Both the position numbers and the translations under genes were made by a program. A DNA stretch of 64,000 bases from Amphiscolops sp. MND2022 (Eukaryota): assembly GCA_964187785.1 (NCBI GenBank), contig OZ076409.1:5644001-5708000 (forward strand), written 5' to 3'. The notes beneath the pieces are model-generated. The model saw only the letters and a program-made list of their open reading frames with translations, did not search any database and had not been told where the DNA came from. Shown piece after piece: positions 24,201 to 35,000 of this stretch (position 1 is the stretch's first letter; each line of letters begins with the position of its first letter).

Positions 24201-26484
24201 GCATTTTGCTTTTTAAGTTAGGTTGAAATAAAACTGCACCTAGGCCAATTAAAGAGGCATCGACAGTTATATAAAATGGATGGGTAGTACTTGGAATGGC
24301 AAGTTCTGCATCTCTAGAAAGAGAAAGTTTGATTTGATTGAAAAGTTTATCGAGAGCAGGAGTCCATTCAAACAAAATATCATCTTGGAGAAGAGTGTAA
24401 AATGGTTTCAAGGAAATGTGTAGTTTGTTGATGAATTTGGAATAAAAATTCATTGATCCTATGAAGCGCAATAATTCAGTTTTAGAAATGGGTGTCTTTA
24501 ATTGGTGGATGGCGTCAAGTTTAGAGGAGATGGGTTTGATTGTATTATTACCAATTTCATGTCCAAGAAATTTGACAGTGAGGAGGATATAGAAAGATTT
24601 TTCAGGAGCAATTTTAAGATTATTTGTTTGACAGATTTGGTAAAGTTGTTCAATTAAATTTAACATGTGAGGTTTTGTATGTGCAAGAAGGAGAATGTCA
24701 TCTATATAAACTAATGCAAAACCTTGGTCAATAAGTTTTTGAAAAAATGAATACATTTGTTTGGTAGAAAAATTGGGTAGGCCTTTAAGACCATAAAATC
24801 CATGAATAAAAGCGTAATGTTTGTCACCAGAAGAGAAACTATTTAAGGTTATAGTTTCTTCATCTAATGGAGCATGAGCGTAAGCATAAATGAGATCAAT
24901 GGCGGCTTTGAATTTTTTGTTAGCACGGGCAAGTTTGGGAGCTAAAGGTTCAATAGGCCATGATTCGGAAGATTGATCGGTATTTGAATTAAGGTGTCGT
25001 GCGTCCAAAACGACTTTAATAGTATCTCCTTTAGGGATAATAATGAAAGAGCGTTTAAAAATGTGGTGCCATATATGGATTTGTCAGAATGAGTAGAACC
25101 AATTTGGCGGATAATATTGTGTTTTTCTAAGTCATCAAGGAGTGTTTTTAATTTTTCTCTATAGTGAATAGGAACTTTTGTCGGTCGTTGGGTTTGAAGT
25201 TTGTCATTAGGTTTAAGACGGATTCTAAAAGGAGTAGCTATTTGGCCAACATCGTTTTTGTGTGTTGTGTTGCATAACAGGTACGATATTTAACAAGAAT
25301 GGAGCAGAGTTGTAAGTATTCTTCATCAGTGACATCAGAATACTGGAAGTTAAATTTATTGAGGAATTGTTGAGTGTCTGGTGAATATGGTAATGGTGGG
25401 AGGATCGGGTTAAAATTTGAGATGGTTGCAAATTGTTTATTTCAAATTGAGGGTTGCGAAGAGAAGAACGACGACGGAGAGGTTTTGGTTCTGAAAGATC
25501 AGGATAATAAGAATGAAATACAGTGTGTATTAAGGAGTTTACATCATTAACTTTATATTGAGTTGGTTGAATATTAGTGGCTGGAACCTCAAAGTATCCA
25601 ATATATCCAGGAGCAAGAATGGCAGAATGGTGGGTAATATTTTGAATAATAACAGAACAACTAGAGGGTTCGGTATTAACATTTTGGTAGACTTGGAGAG
25701 AATTAAAAGTTGAGTTGAAGCGTGTATTAAAAAATGGATGAGGTGTGGAAGGGAATATGAGTTCGTTATCAGAAGTTTTAAACGTTAAAGGAAGTGTTGG
25801 TTGAATTGGGAAATGGATAAATTGAGAAGCGTTGAGTTTAAAATAGAGCTTATTTTTAACATTGATAGTGTATATGTAAGAAAAATATGGATAATCTTTT
25901 TCCTTATGAGCTGTAAAAGGGAGGGTGTTAATGCGAGATTCATGTGGAGTATTGAATGTCAGTGACAAACTTTCAATATTAAGAGTTTTAACATATTTTT
26001 CAAAAAAGGGAGTTCCAAGAATATTGTATTTAATATTGACTGCAGCAAAAGGAATAATAAGGGTACGAGTATTTCCGTGAAGGGAGGTATGAAGTGTAAG
26101 TATTAGATTATGAAGAATAGGTACTTCGGACTTATTAGCAACGGTTTAAGTTTTATATTCATTTTGATGTGGGGAATGTTTTGAGCATTTTAAAAAGTGA
26201 TCGGCTAAAATGGTAAAAGTGGGTAAAGTTAAAACACAAATGGATGCTCCACTATCAAGTAGGAACAAGAGTTCTAATTTAGAAGGGATAGAGGTATCCT
26301 CACTAGGTTTGAAAATGTATAAATTAATAAACCAAGTGGAAGGGGTAATAGCGTTGGCATGTTCAGTATAAGTTGAAGAAAGCTGAGATAACGGAGGGTT
26401 AGGGTGACACATGTTTATTTCAAAATTAGTTTCTGTATTGGAGTGGTTTTGAAGAGGTGGTGTAGATGGATGTGTAAGATTCAT
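21270..26484 (-). pseudogene. pol: pol of element B: protease, RT, RNase H, integrase (frameshifted)
   Basis: LLDSGAS (26146-26484); YIDD and VDAS...RELCAI...ADMLS (22843-25008); ISMD, IIDAFS, DRGTEY, TNGLVE and IGPY (21270-23090). Confidence 0.95.
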
Positions 26485-29198
26485 AGATGGTTTGTATTGG
26501 GATTGAGAATAATTGTTTGAATTTGAATGAGATCTACTACGATAACGATCATTGCGTGGTTTAGAAGGGGGACGATACGGAGAATTGTATCTATTAAAAG
26601 AAGAAAAAGTTGAGGAACGTTCACGGGAACCAGGGTAATATTTGGATGGACTACGAGAAGAATTAGAGTTATAATATGTTCGTGAAGAAGTGTATGATTT
26701 ATAAGGATTTTGATTGTAATGTCTATCATATCGAGATCTATCACGATGGTGGTAAGATGAATATGTGCGGGAGGGAGTTTTAATATTATTTCTAGGACGT
26801 GAATGTGAACCTGAATAAGAACGAGATTGATATCGAGTTTCGCGAGAAGATCTGCGGGAAGGATTACTGTGACTTCGACTACGGTAACGAGGATAATGAG
26901 ATTTATTGGAAGGGCTTTTAAAATGTTGATAAAAGGTGGAGTCGGAGATCTAGATTGTGGTTTTCATTCTTTGAGCATATTAAGTCGGTGAAAGCAAGTT
27001 GAAACACAGTGGTTATTTTTATGGCAAAAGAAACAATATTTTTTGAATTGGGGTTTCGATTCATTGTTAGGGTCCATTGCTTGAACTTGTAGAGATTCGG
27101 AAGGAGGATCTTGAATAGTTGCATTTTGTTGAAAATTATTAGAGAGGGTGTTAATTTCAAGGGAAAGTTCTTGAGTTTTAATTTGTTCAAGAGTAATATC
27201 TTCGGAATCGACCATATTGACTAGAGAGTGAAAAGGATTTGATGGTTCTAAGGAACTGGAAATATGTTTGACTTGGCGTTTATTGGCAAAGTCGTTTAAT
27301 TTTTTAGGAAGACCACGGGTGAAAATTTCATTACATTTGAGGTTAATAGTAGAAGGGTATTCATTATACCAACCTTGTTTAACAAGGTTTCGACTTTGAG
27401 CGCGAAGTGACGGCCATTTTCATTATCCTTTTTACCATGGGAAAGAGCTTCAATTTGAGCATGATATGCGTGTTTTTGAGAGTAGAATTGTTTTTTTAAA
27501 GATTTGGAGAAAAGATGACCAATCATCTTTATAAACTTGTGGAAGACGATCATACCAATTGGAAGCAGTTCCTGTGAGGGAACAATAAAGGAGAGACATT
27601 CGACGAGAATGCCAAGTTAGATATGAGTGAATATCTAAAGGTTGAGGTCCAAGTTGAAATGTTACTCGTGCACTTAGATGTGCTAGAAATTTTTCAGGAG
27701 GATACGTATGGTCGTAAGAGTTTAATAGGATCTGACAAAGCAGCAAAAGGGACAGAAGGAGTGACTGGAAAAGAGAGCGATGAATATGTAGAAGAAGGGT
27801 TGAAAGCTAATGTTGAAGTAGGAGGAATAGAATTAGGGGGGTTTGGAGGGGGTTGGAGAGAATTAGTGGGGAAGTTTTGAAAAGTAGGATAGAGAGAAAG
27901 ATAAGGGTTGTACGAGGTGGATTGGGTGGTAGAAGAAATAGTTTGAGAGATAGTAGGAATTGGTGGTATAGAAGAAGAAGCAAATGGGTTTTGATTAGGG
28001 ATAAAAGGATCATGGGTGGAAGAAGGTGGGGGATTTTGAGTGATTGACTGTGAGGGGAGAGTATTATTTAAAGAAAGAGGAATAGGGGGTAATACGGGTA
28101 TGTGAAGAGCGGACGGTTGAACAGTATTATAAGGAACAGCAGGTGGAGTATTAGAAGGTGTAGTATAATGGTTCGGAAAGTTAGAAGTAGGAAGGCGTTC
28201 AGTAGTTGTGGTGATTTGAGAAGTAGAAGTGGAAGTGTGTTGATTTAAAGATGGGGTAGGGTTTAGTATAGCATTTGAAGATGAGGAGAGAGTGTGAATA
28301 GAAACATTGGAAGTTGTATCAGTTGAAGGTGGTAGAAAGTGTTGTTGCATATAAAGACGAATAGGAGGAGGAAGATAAAGATTTTTATCAAGACTGTTGG
28401 AGTCATAGGCAAGGTATTTAAAATGAAAAGAAGGGAAATCGAGAAGATTATAAAACTGAGGGTGTTCATTATCAGGAGTATCCAGAAAAGGTAAAAGCTC
28501 ATTTTGAGTAAACTGTTGAGGAAAATTTATGCAAGCATCTTGGAATTTTGAGAGCCAAATGAGTTAGTAATTATGTCGAAAAAATTTTCGAAGGAAAAGA
28601 GAGTATATCTGAATTTGTTCTTTTGTTTTGGTAGTGAGGGTAAGATTCTGAAAGAATTGATATTGAAAATGGTGAATTTGAAGAATATCGGTAGTAGGCA
28701 ATGGTGGGGGTTATTTTCAATAGTACGAAATTGTTCAATTTTAGGAAGGTCAAAAAGAGATTCCTTTTGGAGAAGGTCGTGTAAGAAAGAAGGGTTAAAA
28801 ATATGTTTAGGTAAAAGGTTATTTTTTTCTTGTAGATGATTGAGGAAGGTTGTAAAGACATTAGCAATTGAGATATAAATATTGTTAGGATAGATGTTTT
28901 TTCGAAAAGTATCAGAGCGATTTGTGAAAGAAGTAAAGGGAATAGAAAGTGGAGGTTCTTCAGAATTTTCAAAAAGGGAATGGGTGTCAATATAGTATAG
29001 ATAAGAGTCATGATGTTCACGAATAAGAGGGATTGTATGAATATCTTCCGGGTAGGTTTCAAAAGAAAGAGGAGTGGTGGAGTTATAAATAAGATTGTTA
29101 AGAAATTGAGTAAGAGTTTGTGAAATATCACGGGTGACACGTTGAGAGGTATTGAAAACAAAGGGAAGGGGAATAAGGGGTTGTATGGGTTCGGTCAT
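26485..29198 (-). pseudogene. gag: gag of element B (N-terminal domain, P/S/T linker, capsid-like region, CCHC knuckle, RS-rich tail)
   Basis: SLTGTASNWY capsid-like motif; CFFCHKNNHCVSTC; RS/RY-rich stretch ~26500-26900. Confidence 0.85.
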
Positions 29199-29434
29199 TA
29201 TGAGTGTCTATGGGGATTGAAATATAGCCAAATCCAATCCATAACAACTTCAGGATGGACGGATGGTTCAGTAGGGAGTGGAAAGAAATAGCGATGAACT
29301 TTTTGGCGAATGTAGATATAGAATGAGAAGAGAGACGTGTGAAAATATATAGGTACACTGATAAGAAAGACGGAAAAGAGGATGAGTTGAAAAAGGGCAA
29401 AGCAAGGATTGGGGAGAAGAAAGAGGAGGTTCAT
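29198..29434 (-). CDS. Hydrophobic upstream ORF3 of element B; its stop overlaps the gag ATG (TAATG)
   Basis: Homologous to D 715-1056. Confidence 0.55.
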   Translation of the reverse strand: MNLLFLLPNPCFALFQLILFSVFLISVPIYFHTSLFSFYIYIRQKVHRYFFPLPTEPSVHPEVVMDWIWLYFNPHRHS

Positions 29435-29678
29435 ACAAAAGGAACGAGAAAAAGAAAGGAGAGTGAGAAAGGTATAAGTGATGATAGTAGATTAGGTATG
29501 AATATAAAAGGGAGGAGGAAAAGGGGGAAACTTAGAAAGAAAGGAATTTAGCAGAAGAGAGATTCGACAATTTTTTCAATGAGCAGCATTAAGAATACTA
29601 GCATTGCAAAAATGTATGAAACAAAAAGAATAATGGTGGCAAGATTTTCGGTAAGAAACATAAATGAAAAAGCAGGGA

Positions 29679-29816
29679 TTATGCTCTGTATTGTTCAATA
29701 GCATGAGGAAGGAAAGGGATAATAAATTTATCAACAAGAAGAAGAACAATGGCACAGCGACCAAAAAAATAGAGGAAGATTAAGCAAATACAAACGGAGT
29801 CATTAAGGGAAAGCAT
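29679..29816 (-). CDS. 45-aa predicted single-TM upstream ORF1 of element B
   Basis: MLSLNDSVCICLIFLYFFGRCAIVLLLVDKFIIPFLPHAIEQYRA, translated by hand; aligns without gaps to D uORF1. Confidence 0.6.
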   Translation of the reverse strand: MLSLNDSVCICLIFLYFFGRCAIVLLLVDKFIIPFLPHAIEQYRA

Positions 29817-29964
29817 GGAAAATGTGGGAGGAGGTAGGAATGGGAAAGAATTTTAAATAGAAAGTTTAAGATAGAAAAATGGAAGGTAAAAAAGGGAATG
29901 AAAAAAAAGGTGTAGAAAGGAATGGGGAAATTACGTTAAAGGGATTAGAACGGGAGAAGAAAGG

Positions 29965-30168
29965 GTACCAGCGCGTAGCTGAATCACAAAAGGTGATTAG
30001 TACAGAAGAGAATGTTGTACCAGCGCGTAGCTGAATCACAAAAGGTGATTTGTACAGAAGAGATAAGGTGTACCGACTACTGGGTCGAACCACTATATGT
30101 GATTAGTACGTAAGAAGATTGAAGTTGTGTACCGACAATGAGTCGAATCACTTTGTGTGTTTAGTACA
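29965..30168 (-). repeat. Four structured leader repeats (element B)
   Basis: gtaccagcgcgtagctgaatcacaaaaggtgattagtac and variants. Confidence 0.85.
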
Positions 30169-30236
30169 GAAAGTTTGTTTGGTATTGAAAGAGAAAATGA
30201 GTACAAAAAATGTTGATAAAAAGGAAAGAAAAGAAG

Positions 30237-30247
30237 TGGTCGCACCA
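30237..30247 (-). promoter_or_regulatory. Primer-binding site, element B
   Basis: TGGTGCGACCA, 2 nt from the LTR; complementary to a tRNA 3' end ...GCACCA (possibly Gly, unverified). Confidence 0.75.
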
Positions 30248-30249
30248 GT

Positions 30250-30566
30250 TAAAGTACTTGTTTTGTTATGGTTATTGGATATTAAGTTAGAAGTAGGTCT
30301 TAGTTGTAGGTTACAAGTAGTACTTTAAGAGACGCTAACAGAGCTGCAGTTATTAGGTCTTTTAAAATGAAGACAACTATTCGATGAAGAATCAATTTAA
30401 GTTGTGTGGTACAAATCAGAATATATGGTATTGAAAATAAAGTAGTTACATCAGACAATCAGACAATTCATTTTACATCTAGAATATTATTGAGGTGCAC
30501 TGTTCTGAAGTCTAGACATATAGAGGGTGGGGGATAATTATGAACTATGAGATATTTGGTATATCA
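30250..30566 (-). repeat. 5' LTR of element B
   Basis: Near-identical to 14156-14469. Confidence 0.95.
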
Positions 30567-31980
30567 GTAAGTTAAATTGTCTCAAATTGTGTTGTTTTGC
30601 ACAGTCATAATGAGAAACCATGAGATTTGTAATATTCGGATCATCCGATGGAAGATAGTTTTCTGTGTCAGAGGGTGTTATGGGTATTGGAAAGGTGAAG
30701 TTAAATAAGTGTGAATAGAGTATCAGAATTGTTTTATATGAGGTTGTAAGGAGTTCAAAAAGAGGTAGTATATTTAAGACCTGAGTACGGGTTACAAAAT
30801 ATGATTTTGCCATATGTGATAGAAGGTATATTGAGGTCTCGTTCAAAATCAATGTGTACTACTTCAAAAGGAGCAGGAGAAGTTTTATGTTCTATCTTTG
30901 AGACGTGAAATATTGGATGTGGATTTAAACCTTGCAATTTGACTTTGACTTCAACTTTGAGTTCTAGATTCGGTGTCTGAAGGCGTTTTAGTTCTGTTTC
31001 CTTCTTTTGTGAGATAAGAGATCGTTGTTTGTAATGAAGCGTTCTGCAAGGATAGGAAATCTAGGATCGTGCTGTGGGTCGTAGATGGTTATACCATCGA
31101 CTCTAAGTGGATAGTCAGCAAATTTTGGAGTTGGAGGTCTAGATTGATCTGCAGTATAATATTCAGGTATTCTAATATGTGCGGGAACAGGAGTAGGTAT
31201 TATAACTTTTGAGAAAAGATTTCCAAAAAGGAATGCAGTCTGAGCGTCTGAGGAAAGTAGAGAAGCGGTTTCAAAACCAGATGTAAAAAATGGAGAAGGT
31301 ATAAAGTCAGAAGAAGTTGTTTCAGAAGACAACGGTTGTGCGTGTTGTCGTAGAAGTCCTAAAGTAGAATTGCTAGAAAGAGCAGATAGGTTAAGTGTAG
31401 AAGTGTCTGTACTAAGTCTGCGTGAATGAAGATCTCGAAGATTATATCTATGGTGTGGTACAAAAAGTGAGCCTGTTGTATCTTGTGATGGAGTGTATTC
31501 TGATGTATTGTCTAAGAGCTTTGATAGTGATGTAGAAGGTTTTCGAAGAGGTTTCAATGGTGGATAAAGTTTTGAGGAAGTAGTACTAAGTTCTGATGGT
31601 ATTTTCAGTGAAGGTAATTTTGTATATTCAGTATCGGGGATTTGTACAAAATTAAGTTGAGGTTGTAATCTAACAGTTTTGATAGCTGTAGGATGTTTGT
31701 AGTTAACGTATTGTTCAACACTTTCAGGGTTTGGTATGTGTACTATAGGAGTGTTAATAGGGGTTTGTTGAGTAGGAGTGTTTACATGTAATTCAGTTAT
31801 AGGTGGTCTATGAAGGAGTGATGAAAATGTTGTTTCAGAAACGTATGATCTTGGTCTTTTAGAAGGAGTAGTAGGAGTTACATTACTAGAGTTTGTAGTG
31901 TTGGATACTGAAGATTCAGGAGTAGAAGGAATACTTGGAGTTGATGGAGATATATCAGAGGAAGAATCCAGGATTCTTGA
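30567..31980 (-). pseudogene. env: Ser/Pro-rich ORF and N-terminus of env, element A
   Basis: 30988-31557 is homologous to B 19790-20938; 30538-30852 carries MVSHYDCAKQHNLRQFNLL. Confidence 0.8.
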
Positions 31981-32081
31981 AATGTTTTCAACAGGTTATC
32001 TTTTAGCTAACTTGTTATTGATTATCTTTCATTCAGCTGTAGTGACTAGTTTTGAGTGAGCCAGCGGATAGAATGATGAGG

Positions 32082-35000
32082 TTACAGTTTTGAGGGTGTA
32101 CTAAAAAGTCTATAATCTAATTTGGGTTGTTGTCGTAGTTTATAAGTAGTTTTAGTAGTTCTGTCAATTAGAGGAGGAAGTGAAGTTGTTTGGTTATGAG
32201 AGGAGTGTCTTGATCTGTCACTAGGGATGTTAGTGTGAGGGGTGGTAATTATATGTCTATATAAGGAGTTGTCATTGGTTGAGGAAGTTAAAGACTTGTC
32301 ATTGGATGTTGTAGATGGTGTATTTTGATTGGACGTACTAAATGATGATGGTGTCACAAATGTTTGAGAAGAATTATCCGTTGTGGATGGTGTCATGAAT
32401 GTTTGAGAATCTTCGTCTGATAAGGATTCGTCTGAGTTAAAAGGGGAAGAATCACTGTTTGCATATTTGGTAGGTTGTGGAATTTGGAATTGAGTTGTGT
32501 CTGAAAAGCGCATGAAACTACGCAAATGTGGATATAAGAGTGGTTCTTTTGGATAATATGGAATTAAATGATTTCTATGAACAAGTTTTGTAGAGCCATC
32601 TTGTGCAAGTAGTTCATATGTATTATCTGATAGTCTATCAATAGTTTTGTATGGTCCAATCCGAAGGGGTTTTAGTTTGTCAGAAAAATGTACGTGTATG
32701 AAATTGCGTTTTAAAACAAAGGTGCCAATAGGAAGGGGTTTACCTTCGTGGTAAATTTTCGTAATGTATGCGTGTGAATTGATTTTGCGTAAAGTGTTTT
32801 CGTATACTGTGGAAAATATTTGTAACATAGCAGTTTTTACGGCGAGAAACCAATGGGGAATGGGCTTTGAAAGTGTTTTATAAAAAAATGGGTTAAGATC
32901 TGATTTATCATAGTGGGAGTGTTCTGGAAGTTGAGAGCAATAGCGTAAAAAACATGTTTTAGAGGTGTCTCTATTAAGATTTAAATCGAACGTAAGGGGG
33001 ATTCTGGGTCTGGCGTGAAAAACAATTTCATGAGGAGAAATACTGAGTTCTGAAAGTGGTTGTGAATTATGTGCATAAGCGTACATATCGACTTGGAATA
33101 CCCAATCTTTAGGTGTGTCATGTAAGAACATTCGTAGATGTGTACCAAGATTTCTGTTTTGTACTTCGACAAGGCCATTTGTCCAAGGAGAGTAAGCTGT
33201 CCTAGGAGAATGACGAATTCCCATAAGTGTACAAAGGTGGGCCATTTCTTCATTAACATATTCTGATCCACGATCAGTGACAAGATATATGGGTGGTCCA
33301 AATTTAATAATCCAATGGTGTAGAAGAGTTTTGATTGCAGTCTTTGCGTTGTTTGATTTGATGGGTACTAAAACAACAAAGTGACTAAAAGCGTCAATTA
33401 TTACATGTATATATGATTTGTTGCGGGAGGGAGGATTAATAGGTTCTTTAGTGTCCATTGAAATGCGGTAATTCAAGGATGGAGCATGTTCTGAAAAGGA
33501 TTGTGTAGGAGCAGTTTGAATTTTCATGTTGAAGTGTTTATTGCGTTGACATTCAATAAAGTCATGTATAAAAATGGAAAGCCATTTTTCAAAAAATGGA
33601 ATGTAGTAATATTGTGCGAATGTATTATATGTAATTTTGATGCCTGTATGTGAGTGTTCATGAAGTTTGTTAAAAACAGTTTTGAAGAGTCGAAATGGAA
33701 GACATATTCGAATAGTAGCGCGTACAAAATCTGGAGTAAAAGATTGGTTTAGAGTAGTAGGGTGTTTATTATAAAAGATAAAAAGATTTGTGGAGTCATC
33801 TATAAAAAGTTCTGAAAATCTTTCGTAATAAGCATGTAGAAAAGGAGTGCCAGTAATAAGTGGTGTTAGAGTTTCAGGTTTTTCATTTTTTATGATCCAA
33901 GAATAAACAGTTCTAAGAACTGGGTCTTGGGATTGTTGTTGTTGAAGTGTTGTTTTGTCTAATGAATAGTCATCTGGGAGGAAAAAACCTTAAAAATAGT
34001 TTTTGTACTTAAAAAATGATGTATCATAGAAAGGTATATTCTGTGGACAATGTGTGAGAGATGGTAGTTTTGGTTGTACATTTTTTGCAGAAACAGATTT
34101 TGGTGAGGTTTTTGGGGTTAATTGGTTAGGAGTAGAATAGTTTTCTGTTTGTAATGTTGTGTCATGTAGGAAAGAAGAGTCAGATTTTGGAATTCTGGTA
34201 TATATATGATCTTCGTCATCGCTTGTAACGTCAGTATCATTGAGAGAGAGAGATTGTTGATGAAGGGTTTTTTTGTTCTTTTTCATAGGTGTTTTGAACT
34301 TGGTTTGAAAAAGAGTTATAGATTTGAATGAGAAAGATTGTAATGGTTTGACAACAATGTCATTTCCTTTATCATTGATACGAATAAAGAATTGCTCTGT
34401 ACCATAATCAGCGAGAATTGGGTGAGAGTCATGTTTTTGATGAGGTAAGATTTCTTCATGTTTAATTAAGTAATGTACAGGTTTAAGAGTGTTATCTTGT
34501 AGAAGTGCAAAATCAATTTGTGGTGGAAGTTGTTTGTGTTTTATTTGATTGAGTTGTAATTCAGTTTTTGTAAAAGAGCGACTTAACATGTCGGCAACAG
34601 AGATATTTTTTCCAGGAGTGTGAATTATTTTGAGTTTTGAAAATCTTGTTAATTGCATTTGAGCTCTATAAAAACAAGGACTAAGGTTATCTTTCTTTGT
34701 AAAACAATGTAATAAAGGTTTGTGATCAGTAAAAATGTGTATTGGATGGGGAGAACCAATGATAAGAAATTCATAGATTTGGAGGGCATGTACTATACCA
34801 AGAAGTTCTCTATCAAGTGTGGAGAGTTTTTGTTCTTGTGGGTTAAGTATACGAGAGTTGTACGATATAACTTTCATTTTGTTTTGTTCATTTAATTGGA
34901 ATAAGACAGCGCCTAATCCAATAAGGGAAGCGTCAACTGTAATGAAAAATGGATGTTTTGTATTTGGTATTGTAAGTACTGTTTCAGAAGTGAGAGACAT

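Larger units (their letters stand above)
14156..30566 (-). mobile_element. Element B: 16.4-kb env-bearing Ty3/Gypsy element nested in the env of A
   Basis: Paired ~315-bp LTRs; TSD GTAA at 14152-14155 and 30567-30570; removal restores A env frame RQFNLL-NVKQCTEAP. Confidence 0.95.

Noticed and set aside
30237..30247. Tf1-like self-priming, suggested by the short self-complementary PBS
   Set aside because: No complementary 11-mer found in the LTR by eye; the TGG start fits ordinary tRNA CCA priming
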